Assembly: GCF_009914755.1 (NCBI RefSeq)
Contig: NC_060932.1
Origin: the human T2T-CHM13v2.0 reference genome, Homo sapiens
Length of the DNA: 64,000 nt
Strand: one strand, 5' to 3'
The notes under the pieces are model-generated. The model was not told where the DNA came from. It searched no databases and saw only the letters and a list, made by a program, of their open reading frames with translations. Shown here one piece after another: positions 12,957 to 27,607 of this stretch. The position numbers and the translations under genes were made by a program. Every line of letters starts with the position of its first letter. The stretch's first letter is position 1.

Positions 12957-14163
12957 ACTGACCTTTCTGTGTTCGGAGCTCAAGATTGTGGCCTCCAGGT
13001 CATCTCAACATGGAGGCTTCTCACTTAAACATGACATCCTTGAAAACTCAAAGTGACTCTTAGGCAATAGATTACCTTCCCAAAATTTCCAATTTATTTA
13101 ACTTTAGAAGGCTGTGATGCATGAGAAATAGCAATTATAATCTCCCCCCCCAAGAAGACAAAATACACAATTGCATGCATGTGTGCACCCACACACAATT
13201 GCACAACCAAAAACTCTCAGCAAGGTGCAACGGCAAGGACTCTGGGAAGGGAGGCAGGTGCCCAAGCCCTGCTGTTCTGCTGACTCTGTGTGACCTTGAT
13301 CAAGTTCCTCCAACTTTTGGGGACTCAGTTTCTATGTCTTTTAACAGTGAGATTGGATTGGTTAATTCCCTGCGGTCACTTTCAGCTCTGACATTCCATA
13401 AGCCAGCACAGCACTTGGATGCAAAACTGTCCCCCCAACCTTATTGCTCCACCCTAGAGATAAGGCCATCTCTTGCATTACTGTTTCTCTTCCTTCAAGG
13501 ATCTGGTGAAAGTTCTTGGGCTATCCCTGAGGAGGACGTGAACCCTGTTGGGAATGTTGCTGCAGTCCCCACTGGTGACCCCAGTTCATCCCAGGGGGCT
13601 TATGGAGCAGGACTTTGCTCTCCTGCTCACTCATCTGTGCTTCAGTGCACTCTGGATGGATTCTCTTCCCTGCCCTGAAGTGGCAGCTGCTGCCATACCC
13701 TGCTTTGCAGACCCAGCACCAGTCTTAGAGGCCATCCTTAGTTTCTGTCACCACCACCCCCCACCTCCATTGGCAGGCCATAAACAAGGACTGCCACCAA
13801 GGGTGGGTGGCAGTTTCAGCCCTGTGATTCACTGCAAGGGGTGTGTGCAATAAATAGCTCTGTAGTTAATTGCCTTTTGCTTGCCACTCAGAGCAGCCTG
13901 TAAAGGGCATCTGTGAGAAGCTGAGAGTGCTTGGGATGCACCAGGGTGGGGTAGGGGCGGGAGTAGGGAGAGCTAAGCTGAAGATGGACAAACACAGCAC
14001 AGGCCTTGCTCCCGCAAAGGAAACAACTCCATAAAGGAGCGGGAAGGATAGATTTCTAAGTCAGGAATCAGAAAATTCCTATGTGGGCTTATCTAGGGGC
14101 TGCTCTGGGATGCATACAGCTCCCCAGCCCCAGGTCCTCTGTTTAGCATAGAGCTGCTCTCTT

Positions 14164-14179
14164 TTTATTATTATTATTA

Positions 14180-14210
<31 letters not shown>

Positions 14211-14331
14211 ACTTTAAGTTTTAGGGTACATGTGCACAACGTGCAGGTTTGTTACATATGTATACATGTGCCATGTTGGTGTGCTGCACCCATTAACTTG
14301 TCATTTAGCATTAGGTATATCTCCTAATGCT
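14164..14331 (-). mobile_element. Severely 5'-truncated young L1 (L1PA2/3-like) whose tail has become (TAT)n
   Basis: TTATACTTTAAGTTTTAGGGTACATGTGCACAACGTGCAGG... is the antisense L1PA 3' terminus. TGCTCTCTT occurs on both flanks as a TSD. Confidence 0.9.
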
Positions 14332-16195
14332 CTCTTGACAGTCAAGCTCTCCAGGCAGGTGGGTCCTGAGTCACGGGAGGAAGTTGTGAGGCGCACAGAC
14401 GCCTGGACGAGGAGGCATGGTGATTGCTTCCTGTGCATGTAATTAGGGTTGAAGATTCAGCTCTTCAGCCATTTCTCCTTCCCTTATATTCCCTTCCTTT
14501 CCTTTCCCATTTCCTTCCTTCCATCTAACACATGTCTATAGAATCACTACAGTGGATCTTCCACCCTAAGTTCTGGAAGCGCCCCAGGAGACCCATCAGG
14601 AGGGTTGACCCCTCAGTGTAGCAGTCGAGGCAGGGGGGATCGCATCTCCAGAGTCAGACCATCTGGTCCCCACCAACCTGCTGTCACTCTGCACAAGTCC
14701 ACCAGCCTCTCTGGGACCTGGATTCCTCACCCATGTGGTGGATGAGAGCTCCGCTGTCCTCCTGGGACTCTGGTCAGGCTGAGAGGGAAGACTGCACAGA
14801 GATCCTTTGTCTCACTGCCCTTTACAGACAGCCTCAGAGAGAGAAACCCGCAGTTCTACCTCTGACTCTTTCGGGAGATAATGCCGGACACCGGGCCCAG
14901 GCTCTGTGGGGTTGTGTGGATTCTAGGATCAGAGTCAATGCTGGACTTTCCTGGCTGGATGTGCTGGTCACGCCCATTTTGCTCATGAATGTTGTCACCT
15001 CCTCCTGGCATTTGTCCCTCCCTCTTCCTGCTGGATGGTCAGTTTCTTGGGGGTGGAAGTCTTGTCTGAGGCAGTTTTAGCTCCCCAGGGTCCACTAAGT
15101 ACTCTCAATCTAAGATGACTCAATGATCAGTTGATCAAGAATTGAGTAAAAATCCATCCTTTTCTGGGACTTTCCCCATACACTCCCACCCATGCTGTCT
15201 GTGGTCCACGTTCCCCAGTACTGAGTCTATTAAATGCATCTCAGTATGACTGTGAGTGCTGCTCAAAGCCCTGTTAAGGAAAGGGATCATTCTCAGACCC
15301 CAGAGAGAGCTGGGATTCATGCTTCAAGATGCAGGGCAGTGGGGTAAAGACAGACGTCTAGTTCAGTTTTGTGAAGGTGGTGCTGAGATCGAGGCTGCCT
15401 TGTGGCTTTTCATGACAGATTCTCAGCATTAACAATTCTTGGTGGTCTGGTCAGTATGGAATCACAGCTAGAAGACGGGGATTTTAGAAATCATTGTCAA
15501 CCTTTATGCCACCCAAACCATGACATGATGCAGCGAGTGTAGCTGGCTGCCTGAATCACCCCGCCCCCAACCCCAGAAGTAGGACTGGAGCTGGGGACAT
15601 GCCAGCATTGTTGGCTCATTCCTCTAGGAATCTCCCTTGATGGTGTTCCCAGGAGATACAAGTCAGATCCAGGGACTCCATGAGCCCAGAGAATGCCCTT
15701 CCCCAGACAAGACAGTTTGTGAACCCCGATGAGAGGGTGTTGAATTCACAGTGGGATAGGCCTTAGTAACCACTTGGTGCTAGGTCAGGGGCCGTGGAGG
15801 GCACTGTACCTAATCTAGCCCTAAGTGCTTATCACATGATGGAACCACCCAAGTAGGAAGCTGGACATGCCTCTCGGGAACCGCAGCTGAGAAAGGGGCG
15901 CCCTTACAGTTACTGCTGGGATCCTAGAGTTGATTCTAGAAGTTATTCCAAGACCAGTGCTCTTCTCCAACCCCATAGCTGCCTGACAAACCCCAAATCT
16001 ATACTTGGGCTCCACCCTTGTCCTGTAACAGATTGCTGGGTTTCAGGGAGGCATGATTTGCTTTGTGATATTATGTGGATGTGTGCAGTGATTAGCTCTA
16101 ACACAGCAAGACTCTCCTGTTCATTTTATTAAGGACCCACTATCTGTCAGGAGATAAGAGATGATGATTACAACGTAAGAGGGATAGTACTAGAG

Positions 16196-16500
16196 AACTG
16201 GGTATGGTGGCTCACACCAGCAATCCCAGCATTTGGGGAGGCAGAGGTGGGAGGATCACTTGAGCCCAGGGGTTTGAGACCAGCCTGGGCAGCATAGTGA
16301 GACCCCATCTCTACAAAATAAAAATAAAAATATCTGGGCCCGGTGGAGTGCACCTATAGTTCCAGCTACTCAGGAGGCTGGGGCAGGAGGATTGCTTGAG
16401 CCCTGAAGGAGCCTAGGAGTTTGAAGCTGCAGTGAGCTAAGATCGTGCCACTGCACTCCAGCCTGGGTGACAGAGCAAGACAGCCCTTTTAAAGAAAAAG
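16196..16500 (+). mobile_element. Alu (J-like)
   Basis: Diverged Alu dimer. Confidence 0.85.
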
Positions 16501-16953
16501 AATAATAGCACTAGAAGCAGTAGCTGATGCCTATATATTGCTTGCCACGTGCCTGACCATTTTAAACACCTTCTAGGCCTTAGCTCATTTACTCTCCATA
16601 ACAATCCTGACGTGGATACTGTTATTAACCCCATTTTACAGATGAGGCACTTGAGGCCCAGAGACATTAGATAACTTGCCCAAACTCACACAGCTAGTAC
16701 TTGCTCAAGCCAGGACAAAGAAGAAATCACTTCTGTCCTCTAAACTACTCGGGGAAGTCATCATGTAAGTGGACCATTTGAATGCCCAGCATCTTATAAA
16801 ACTCATTCCATGCTATTTGCAATGTTATGACATCTTTAAGTATTTCCTTTTGATGAAGAAGAAACTGAGGCACACCCATGCCCTGGCTTCCATTACTCGC
16901 ATCACCTTCCTATGGCCAATGTAGCCTCTCCCTTTTCCTCCTGCTGAGGTCAG

Positions 16954-17060
16954 TTCCTCCATAGCCTGGACAGCATTGGAAGAAATCTGAGGACTTCTGC
17001 TTCCTCTGGTTCCCACACAGCGAGAATGTCAGTGCCATCCACCAGGACCACACCAGCAAG
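16954..17060 (+). pseudogene. GULOP: GULO pseudogene exon 7 remnant
   Basis: 107 nt against an expected 108. Reads FLHSLDS-(1-nt deletion near 16975)[28 protein letters not shown] against recalled [36 protein letters not shown]. The donor reads GC. Confidence 0.93.
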
Positions 17061-17139
17061 GCAGCTGCAGCTCCTGCCTGCACCTGTTTGTATTCTAGTT
17101 TTATGAATCCCCAAATAAGAAATGTGTTAGTTTGGCTTT

Positions 17140-18371
<1,232 letters not shown>

Positions 18372-18575
18372 ACTCCCATATACTTTAAATCATCTCTAGA
18401 TGACTCAGGGTGCCAACACAATACCTACACATCACTTCACATGCATGGCTTCAATGTAGTACTTGGTGCTTGGTGAATTTAAGCTCTGCTTTTTGGACAT
18501 TTGTGGCATTTTTTCTGAATGTTTTCTCTGTGATTGGTTGAACCCATGGACCCGCAGATACAGAAGGCAGACTGT
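18372..18575. mobile_element. Tigger-family DNA transposon fragment (MER2-like)
   Basis: ATACTTTAAATCATCTCTAGAT...GGTTGAACCCATGG...GATACAGAAGGCAGACTGTA resembles the recalled MER2 end. Confidence 0.6.
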
Positions 18576-19494
18576 AAATGTATAAGAAGGCTTAAAATCT
18601 GCTAGAGCAAGTCCCCCACCCTGTTGACTTTCAGAAGCATCTTGGTTGCTCTCAACCCATTGCTGGAACTTTACCTTGCATTTACATCCCTGCCTGGCCC
18701 TCACCTCTCAGTTTCCCACAAATTCTCTAACCACCGCGGTCCAGTCCTGTCTGGCAAGTGTTTGCTGCAGCTCTGGGAACTACTGTGTGAGTCCTTGTGT
18801 TGTAAGAGAAGATCCATCTCTGAGGGCTGAGCCTACATTCTCCCACCCTGGGCATCTCAGAACCTTCCGCCATGGAGAGCCAAGTCCTAACCCCACTCTG
18901 CCCTCTCTCATACCCAGCAGTTTTCCAGCCAGTCCAACTCCCTGGCTTCAGGTTCCTGCTCTACCACCTGGGAGGACTGGGGCAAGCTATACAACCTCCC
19001 CGTGCCTAAGTTCCCTTCTCTGTGAAACAAATCATAATAGTATCAATCTCATAGGGTTGCAAGAACTCAGTGAGATCACATGGAGCTCTTAGCACAGCAC
19101 CTGGTGCTTGGGGGGTATCATCTATGCTTTGCTACAAGTGTAGCCATTTACATTTCTCCCATTTCTCCCAGCTCTTGCCTCCCCTGTGTCTCCTCTGGTG
19201 GAGGAAAGCTCTAATAGGACCCTGCAGTGCCAGGTCCGCTGTGCAGGAGCACACCTGCAATTGAATAGTTCTCAAGTCGGATCCAGCCCATCTGCCACGT
19301 GGATCTGAAATGCATGCATTTTTCATCTCTGCTGCACACTGGCTCTGTTCTCTCTTGGCTCCCTGTGGCCTCCCACAGGGAGGCTCCTTCCCCGTCTCCC
19401 ACCTCCACTCCTGCACTCTCCACCGAGCAGCCAAGGTAATCATTCCGAAAGACAGATCAGATCACGTCATCTCCTAACTAAAGGCAAACAGATG

Positions 19495-20870
19495 CTTTAT
19501 TAAGGTATAATTTGCATACCTTATGTTCACCCTTGTAAATGTACAATTCAGTGGTTCTCCCTATATTCACAGTGTTGTACAACCATTTCTGCAATCTAAT
19601 TTTAGAACATTTACATCACTTCAAAAAAAAAAAGCCCTAGCCCATTAGCATTCATTCCCCATCCTCCTAGCCCCTGGCAACTGCTAATCTGGTTTCTGTC
19701 TCTATGGATTTGTCTGTTCTGTATATTTCATAAAAATAGAATTAGGCAATATGTTGCCTTTTGTGACTGGTTTTTTTGCTTTGCATAACGTCTTCAAGAT
19801 TCATCATGTTGTAGCTTGTGTGAATATTTCATGCCTGTTAATGGCTGAATAGTATTCACATTTTGTTTATTCATTCAGCAATTGATGGACATTTGGGTTG
19901 CTTCTACTTTTTGGCAATACTGAATAATGCTGCTGTGAACATTCACAAATAAGTTTGTATGTGGGCATATGTTTTCAATTCTTTGGGTAGGTACCTAGAA
20001 GTGGAATTGCTAGGTCACATGGTAACTATGCTTAACATTTTGAGAAACTGCCAGACAGTTTTCTAAAGGGGCTGTACCACTTTGCAACCCCACTAGCAAT
20101 GTATGAGGGTTCCAGTTTCTCCTCAACCTCACTACACTTATTGCTGTCTTTTTTTTTTTAAGCCATCCTAATGAGTGTGAAGTGGTATCTCATTGTGGTT
20201 TTGATTAGAATTCCCCTAATGACTAATGATGATGAGCATTTCTTCATGAGTTTATTGGCCATTTGTCAGTCTCCTTGGGGGAAAAAATGTCCATTCAGAT
20301 TTTTTGCCCATTTAAAATGTTGGTTTGTCTTTTTATTACTGAGTTGTAAGAGTTCTTTATACACTCTGGATACCAATCCCTTATCAGAGATAGGAGTTGC
20401 AAATATTTTCTCCCATTCAGTGAGCTGGCTTTTCACTTTCTTGATGGTGTCCTTTGAAGCACAACAAAATTTAATTTTGATGAAGTCTTATTCTCTTTTT
20501 CTTTTGTCTCTTGTGCTTTGGGTATCAATTCTCAGAAACCATTGCCCAACCCAAGATCATGAAGATTCGCACTTGTGTTTTCTTCTAAGAGATTAATAGT
20601 TTTAGTTCTTACATTGCTCTTATTGTACATGGTGTGAGGTAGGAGTCCAATTTCATTCTTTTGCATGTGAATATCCAGTTGTCCCAGCACCTTTGTTGAA
20701 AAGACTTCTTTCCTCATTTATTTGTCTTGCTACCCTTGTCAAAAATCAATGGCCACAAATGTAAGCGTGTATTTCTGGACTCCTAATTTCATTCCATTGA
20801 CCTATATGTCAGTCTTTAGCACACTACTCCAGCATCTTGATTCCTGTAGTTTTGCAGTTAGTTTTTACAT
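19495..20870 (-). mobile_element. L1MB-like fragment
   Basis: Antisense L1 ORF2 3' end/3'UTR motifs. The minus-strand translation includes LGQLDIHMQKNEIGLLPHTMYNK. Confidence 0.8.
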
Positions 20871-22119
20871 CAGGGAGTGAGTCAATCTCAGCCCACACCC
20901 TATCCATCCATTTCCCCTCCTGCCCTGCGAGCCTTGGGACAAAATCAACATTTGCTGCTGTGTTTCCTTCTGCCTGGAAGGCCTTCCATTGTTGTCCTGG
21001 TGAATTCTCAGTTATCCCAAAATGCCCAGCTCAAACTTCCCAACTTCTTGGCGCCTCTCAAGTCATATGGTTATCTCTCTTCTGTTTCCCACCTTTGCTG
21101 TAAACCACAAAGCCACCCGCTGCACCAAAGTTCTAGGCCTTTCCTTCCAGCTCCTCAAGGTCAGTGAGGTATCCTCCTTCATCTTGGTATTGCAAGCACC
21201 CAGCACAAGGCCTGGCACCAAAGGACCGCTCAGAGAAATGGAAGCATAAACAGGTGAAATGTCTGGGACCCATGGAGGAAATGGATGTGCAATGGGGAAG
21301 ACTCCAGGGGTACTCAACTTAGGAGGCGCTTCCAGATTTCACTGAATAGTCAGTGTCAGCTCAACAGGTTGAATCTTAGCTCTGGAATTTAGAATGATGA
21401 TTAGAAAAATATACAGACAACCACTTCTTTGTGGCATTGTCACAAGTGCCACCCTGTGAATTTAGAAAGCCAGGGTGTGACAAAGCAAGAGAAGGTTCCG
21501 TTGGGGGTGGGAGGCAATGGTATGCAGTTGTGTCATCTTCAGAGACACCACAGCCCTGCTTTGGGAGGCCTCTGCCTTCAGGTTCAGTCCCAGATGCTAC
21601 TTGGCCAACATGAATTTAACCCAAAGGTCCTCCAATATTTTTTCGCATAAATCCAACTAAGAAGCTCCTGTAGATGACAATGGACCTGCACCCTTGTGAT
21701 GAAATAGACCCTCCCCCAGGGGCCTGATCTACTACTACATGATACTGTGCTTCTTCATGTTGCTACAGCCTCAAAGAAATGTGGAATCAAAGGGGATAGG
21801 CCAAAGGCCAAGGTCTGGGCTCTGATCTAGGGGAATTCTCCAGCCAGAGTAGAGGCCCTTTTCCTTTCTCCTCTACTGAGACCCAGATACTGCCAACCAG
21901 TGCTCCCCTGAAGCAGAAGCCCAGTCCAGCCCTGAGGCTCCGAGCCTGGTGGAAAAGAACACATGTTGTAGTTTCCTTTTCACGAGATCAACTCAGGCTG
22001 CAAACATTCACTAACCCCTGTTCTTGTCCCCGCCCCTGTCCCCAACACTCTACCAGTGGGCAGCAGCCATCAGAAGCAGTAAAGGGTTTATTTTTCTCTT
22101 TTAATGTTGTTATTTTTAA

Positions 22120-22410
22120 AGGGTCTCACTCTGTCACCCAGGCTGCAGTGTAGTGGTGCAGTCATAGCTCACTGCAGCCTTGAACTCCTGGGCTCAAGCG
22201 ATCCTTCCATCTTGGCCTCCCCCGTGTAGCTGGGACCACAGGCGCGTGCCACCATGCCTGGCTAATTTTTTGTTATTTATTTATTTATTTTCTTAGTAGA
22301 GACAAGGTCTTTGTTGCCCAGGCTGATCTTGAACTCCTGGCTTCAGGCGATCCTCCCGCTTCAGCCTCCCGGAGTGCTGGGATTCCAGACGTGAGCTACT
22401 GAACCCAGCC
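22120..22410 (-). mobile_element. Alu (J-like)
   Basis: Antisense Alu consensus. Confidence 0.88.
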
Positions 22411-24369
22411 AGCAGCTAAAGGTTTAAATGTACCACGTGTTCTTTGTATGCCAGGCCTGCACTGGGTGTGTCATTCCTTTTAATTTTTGCAGCATCCCTA
22501 GAAAGTGACACATTGCCCTTACTTTACAGATGAGGAAACTGAGGCTCAGAGAGGTATCTCCAGAGGGTCTGTGATGAGCAGCCAGGATGGGATCATAGGA
22601 CTCACTGGCTCCAGCTGAGCCCTAGGCTGGGCTGTAGTGTTTTCTCCCAAGCCAGGCAGCCCGACAGAGTCCACACCAGCAGCAGAGCCTGGGGGACCCA
22701 CTGGAGTTCATGGCATTTCTGGGTGTGGCCAAGATTGTTCCGCTTTAGGTCTGAACCAGGAATCAAGGGACAAGTCGGCCTCTTTCCTCCAGAGGATCGG
22801 CCTCTCCCCAGGGGAGGGGGACTACAGGTGGCACTAGAGGGACCCCACTAAACAAACCATGAGGAAGACTAACTGCCTGAAAGGTGCTGGGAAGTGAAAC
22901 ACAAGAAGCCACGTATTGGATCTGGGCAGGGAAGGGCCAAAGAGCAGTGAGGGAGACCAGCCCAAAGGCCTTGCTCTGTCTGGGTTACAGATTTGGGGTG
23001 AGAATGGAAAGGGCCCCGCAGGCTTTCTCTCTGTGGCCTCAGCTCCAACACAGCTGACAGCTTTATGTGCCTGTGTCTGTAGAGCCGGAGCTGAGCCAGG
23101 GAGCTTCCCAATAAATTAAACTCTAAATCACACCTGCCACCTTCCGGCGAACAGCCAGAAGCTCCAAGAGAGCTCCAGGGCCTCTGAGCTCAGCCCACGT
23201 GGCTCTCCGGCTTAGCAGCTTCAGCAAACTGTCCCTGGGGAGTGAGCCAGGGCCAGAGACACACTCAGCGCCTGTGGTTAGAATAACCCTGTGCCCTGGG
23301 GCCTGTGGAAGCTCTGCCATGGCCAGGCTGGTCCCCAAGACACCACAGAGCATCTGCCTAGAAAGAGGCAAGTGCCCCTCCCCAGTGTGTACTCTGCATA
23401 TACCCAGACCTGATGCCCAGAAACTCTGGCTCCTTGGGACAGTGGAAGATGCCCAGGCTGTGGATTCAAGTGGACTTAGCCTCTGATCCTCGCCCCTCAC
23501 TTACCTGCTGTGTGACTCTAGGTAAATCGCTCTGCCTCTCTGAGCTGTGGTTTGCCCATATATAAAGTAAAGCTGGTAGCAACAATTGGGGTTGGGAGGA
23601 TTCAGCGTCTAGTCCGCATGAAGGGTGCTCACCAGATGTGCCCTCCCTTCTCACTATGATAAACAAAGATTCTTCATTCTCCATACAAGACCCCCACCTC
23701 TGGTGTCATCTGAAACCCCACAGGAGGTGCCCTGGGCATCTGGTTTATGGCCCACAGTGAGATGGCAAGGATGGGACAGTGGGACAGGCTTGTGGGGTGG
23801 GAGGGGGCGAACGACCTCTCCAGTGAATCCAGAGGAGGGGCTGGGCACTGGCGATGCAGGCCCAGTAGAGGCAGCAGCGCATTCACACGTTAACCAAGCC
23901 ACAGAGGCCACCAGCTCCAGTCCCAGCCCTATTATGCAAGGTCGTCAGTGGCTCCAGGAGAGGCAGGAGCTGCGATGGGAGGGGATTAGCACCAGCTCCA
24001 CTCAGAAGGCCTGAGCTGGCCTTTGTCCCTCTGGACTCCTCCAGGGCCCAGAGCAGACAGGAGCTGAGTTCATGAATGGGATGGCTGGACGGGCCTCCTC
24101 CCAATCGTCCCTCCACTCAACCATCCCCACAACAAGCCACTGGACTTTGTCCCCTCTGTCCCCTGCCCCTAGAGTTCTTGGCTGCAGATCTGAGGCTGGC
24201 CTTCTCTGAGGCTGCCTTTTAGCCTCTCTGTTCACGGCCTCAGCTCTCCGCCCTTAATATGCAGAAGATGTCACATTTTCAAGGACACAGCCGTGAACTG
24301 TTCACTTCCCTGGATGATCCTCGCCATGTTTCCCATGTCCCTGTTCCCCAAGTGCATGTACAATAGTGC

Positions 24370-24797
24370 GAGAGCCTGGACTTCTGGGCTTCAGCCAGAC
24401 CTGGCTGGGATCGATGCCCTAGTGACTCCATCCATCAAAAATGCAGCTACAAATGCTAGGTCTGACATTGCACTGGCATTGAGAATGCTGACTTTATGGT
24501 CTTGGCTTTTCAAAATATCTATAATGAACATTTAGTTCTTTTATAAAGGGGGTAAGGGGAGAAGAGCTTTAGTGTGTGTGTGTAGGTGTAGATTTGGATG
24601 GTCGTGCCTTGGTGAGTTCCTTCCTGGCCCAAGAAGCGTGGAGCCCTCCCTTTGCAATTACTGGGGCAGTTCTGCCATCATTTCTAAGGATAAGAATCTG
24701 TGACCAGAGACCCCAACCCAGAACACTGGTCCCCATTGGCCACTCAACCCCATTGATCCCAGCCAGGTCTGGCTGACACCCAGAAGTCCAGGCTCTC
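24370..24797. repeat. 47-bp inverted repeat (arms 24370-24416 and 24751-24797)
   Basis: Arm 1 and the reverse complement of arm 2 match at 44/47 positions. Confidence 0.92.
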
Positions 24798-25246
24798 AAC
24801 CCTTACAACAATCAAGGCTTCCCAAGGTGTGGAAGGAGGTGAATTAGCACAGTCTGTAAGGAAATTAATCTGGCAAGAAGCAGCTGAAGTTAAAACTCTA
24901 CTTTCCCTTTGCTCCAACAATCTGGAAAGGCTTTGAGACTAAGACATTCGCTATAGTGCAGCGTGTGGTGGCACGACACTGAAAACATCCCACATAGACA
25001 CCGAGAGAAAAATGGTGGAATAGCCTGTGGCCTTCCCCAGCCTGGACTTCCACGCAGCCACTGAAAGAATGACCTCCAGCAATGGCCCGGAGGGACTCCC
25101 AAGCTACAGGGAAACTGCAAAGGCGAGCTAAGGGGCACAGTCTGCTGAGAATGAGGCCCTGGTTTGTAAAGAACTCTGCTCAGAGCCTGCACCCAATCAA
25201 TGTCAGGTATCACGATGACTGTGTCCCCCATCCCCACCCTGCCTGG

Positions 25247-25292
25247 CCCCACACCCTCTTCCACCCTGTCCCCACACCCTCTTCCACCCTGT
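25247..25292. repeat. Perfect 23-bp tandem duplication in the GULOP exon 9 polypyrimidine tract
   Basis: CCCCACACCCTCTTCCACCCTGT x2. Confidence 0.93.
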
Positions 25293-25301
25293 CCCCTGCA
25301 G

Positions 25302-25449
25302 CATCTTCTTGCAGTGCCTTGTGGGCTGGATCAATGGCTTTTTGTTTCTGACTCCTGTTTGCCTGCCAGGAGAACAGCAACCTCAGCCCCAAGATCTTCA
25401 CCCACGTGTGCCACTTCAAGCAGCATGTCCAGCACTGGGCCATCCCCAG
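25302..25449 (+). pseudogene. GULOP: GULO pseudogene exon 9 remnant
   Basis: Reads IFLQCLVGWINGFL..(+1 nt, TGG>TGA at 25349-25351, 3-nt loss)..ENSNLSPKIFTHVCHFKQHVQHWAIP against recalled TYLPCLVGWINRFFFW...[26 protein letters not shown]. The donor reads GG. Confidence 0.95.
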
Positions 25450-26286
25450 GGGGCTCTGCCCTGTGGCCGGACTGCAGGGAGTCAGAACCTGCTGCCTTAA
25501 CCATCCCTCCCTGTGGACCCACTTTACTGGGTCAGCTCAGGCGGTCCTCAATGTGACCCTAGCAGGCAGAGCACCAGGTCTCATTTGCAAACCAGGCTCC
25601 GAGTCCTGCCCACTCTTCATGGGTGGCCACGGGCTCTGAGTCCTCTCGCAGTGCTCCTGGGACCACACCTGTCAGCATCATGAGGAAAATAGACACAGAA
25701 CCCATCCCTCTCCCCACCCAGAAGAGCCCACCCAGCGTGCTAGGGTCCGGGTACTCTGTGTTGGAGGGGACCCCCCAGCAAAGACCTAAGGATAGGCCTG
25801 GAGCCTGGTTCCCTGTGGCTTTCTCTCTAAATTCTCCTCTCCTTGTCTCTTTCTCCGGGGGAGGAGAGGCTGGTGCCTGGGACTCTCAGGGGTTGCCTCT
25901 GTCACTGTGTTCAAGGGTGAGGCCCTCCAGATCTTCAGGTGGGAATATTAGGAAGAAGGAGGATTAGAACCAGAGGGACTCTCCTCTGAAGAGGAGGACG
26001 CCTAGGGATATGAGACAATTGTGGCCAGAGATCTGAAGGGAGCCCCGGATTCCATGGGGCCCCGGGGGCCAGATGAGCAACAGGTAGATCTTCAGGGAGA
26101 CACCTCCACAGGCTCCGCTGCTATGAGGAAGGGGCCTTGGAAGAGCTAGGAGCCCCTGTCACAGCCATGTCCAAGGGCAGCTGAGGCCTTCTGAGGCTGG
26201 GAACCTGTGCAGAGTCTTGAGGGAGGGCACCCAGCGGTCCCTTCCCACCCTGAGTTCTAGATTCTGTCCCCCTGGGCTGAGTGCAG

Positions 26287-26450
26287 AAAGAAGACCACGG
26301 AGGCCCTGCTGGAGCTGAAGGCCGTGCTGGAGGCCCACCCTGAGGTGGTGTCCCACTACCTGGTGGGGGTACGCTTCACCTGGAGGATGACATCCTACTG
26401 AGCCCCTGCTTCCAGTGGGACAGCCGCTACCTGAACATCAACCTGTACAG
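26287..26450 (+). pseudogene. GULOP: GULO pseudogene exon 10 remnant
   Basis: AG...GT intact, 164 nt against 165. Reads [31 protein letters not shown]-(1-nt deletion ~26383)[22 protein letters not shown]. Confidence 0.97.
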
Positions 26451-26539
26451 GTGACAGCTCACTGGGAGGTGGAGATGGGCCTGGGAGCCGGCCCTCAGAG
26501 TTGAACGGACCTCCTCCTTCTCCAATCTTTCTATGTCTC

Positions 26540-26842
<303 letters not shown>

Positions 26843-27333
26843 TCAATGTCACTTCTAATGTCTCCTTCTCTAGGGGAACTTCGCTGATCCTGGCAGCTGG
26901 GGACAGTCTCTCTCTCTTCTGAGTTCCTATAGCTCTTCCGCTCCATAGACCCTTTCTGCACATACCATTTCCAGCCCGTATTGTGTTAATATAAAAATTG
27001 TATGAATTCATAGATAATAGGAATAGCTACCATTTATGAAGCTGATATGCTGGAATGACAAATGTACTCTATCTCATGTACCTCCTCTAGTCAGTGATCC
27101 TGACAGCCTGGAATGCTGTGTTGAGAAGGATTCTGGGGCCAGATTGAAGTTCAGCAGAAGAGACCATCATAATCAATGCCAGGTGCCCGTCATGGACTCA
27201 TTTGCCCATCAGCCAGCCCTGCCTGCCCCTGTGCTATGCCCATGCCCTTGACTGTGTTATCTCTTCCCAGTTGGTTAGGCAGTGGTCTCCCAGATGAGGC
27301 TTATATACCTGGGTCATTTAAGAAGTTGATCTT

Positions 27334-27600
27334 GGCTGGGCACCATGGCTCACACCTATAATCCCAGCACCTGGGAAGGCTAAGGCAGAAGCATTGCTTG
27401 AGCCCAGGAGTTCGAGACCAGCCTGGGCAACATAGTGAGACCCTGTCTCTAGCTGGGCATGGTGGCTTGCACCTGTAGTCTCAGATACTCAGGAGGCTGA
27501 GGTGGATCGCTCAAGCCCAGGAGGTCAAGGCTGCAGTGAGCCATGATTGTGCCACTGCACTCCAGCCTGGGAGAAAGAGCAAGACCCTTTTTCAACAAAA
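27334..27600 (+). mobile_element. Alu (J-like) lacking the central A-rich linker
   Basis: The left arm CCCTGTCTCT joins directly to AGCTGGGCATGG. AAGTTGATC is present on both flanks as a TSD. Confidence 0.88.
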
Positions 27601-27607
27601 TAAGTTG

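Noticed and set aside
14565-14735. AAGTTCTGGAA and GTCACTCTGCA, resembling parts of GULO exon 6
   Set aside because: The spacing is wrong and the second match lies in MIR-like sequence. No exon 6 remnant is supported.
21548-21610. TGCTTTGGGAGGCCTCTGCCTTCAGGTTC, faintly like GULO exon 8 (WFWDYAIGF codons)
   Set aside because: It needs two gaps, the flanks do not align and there is no donor at the expected position. I cannot distinguish it from chance without an alignment.
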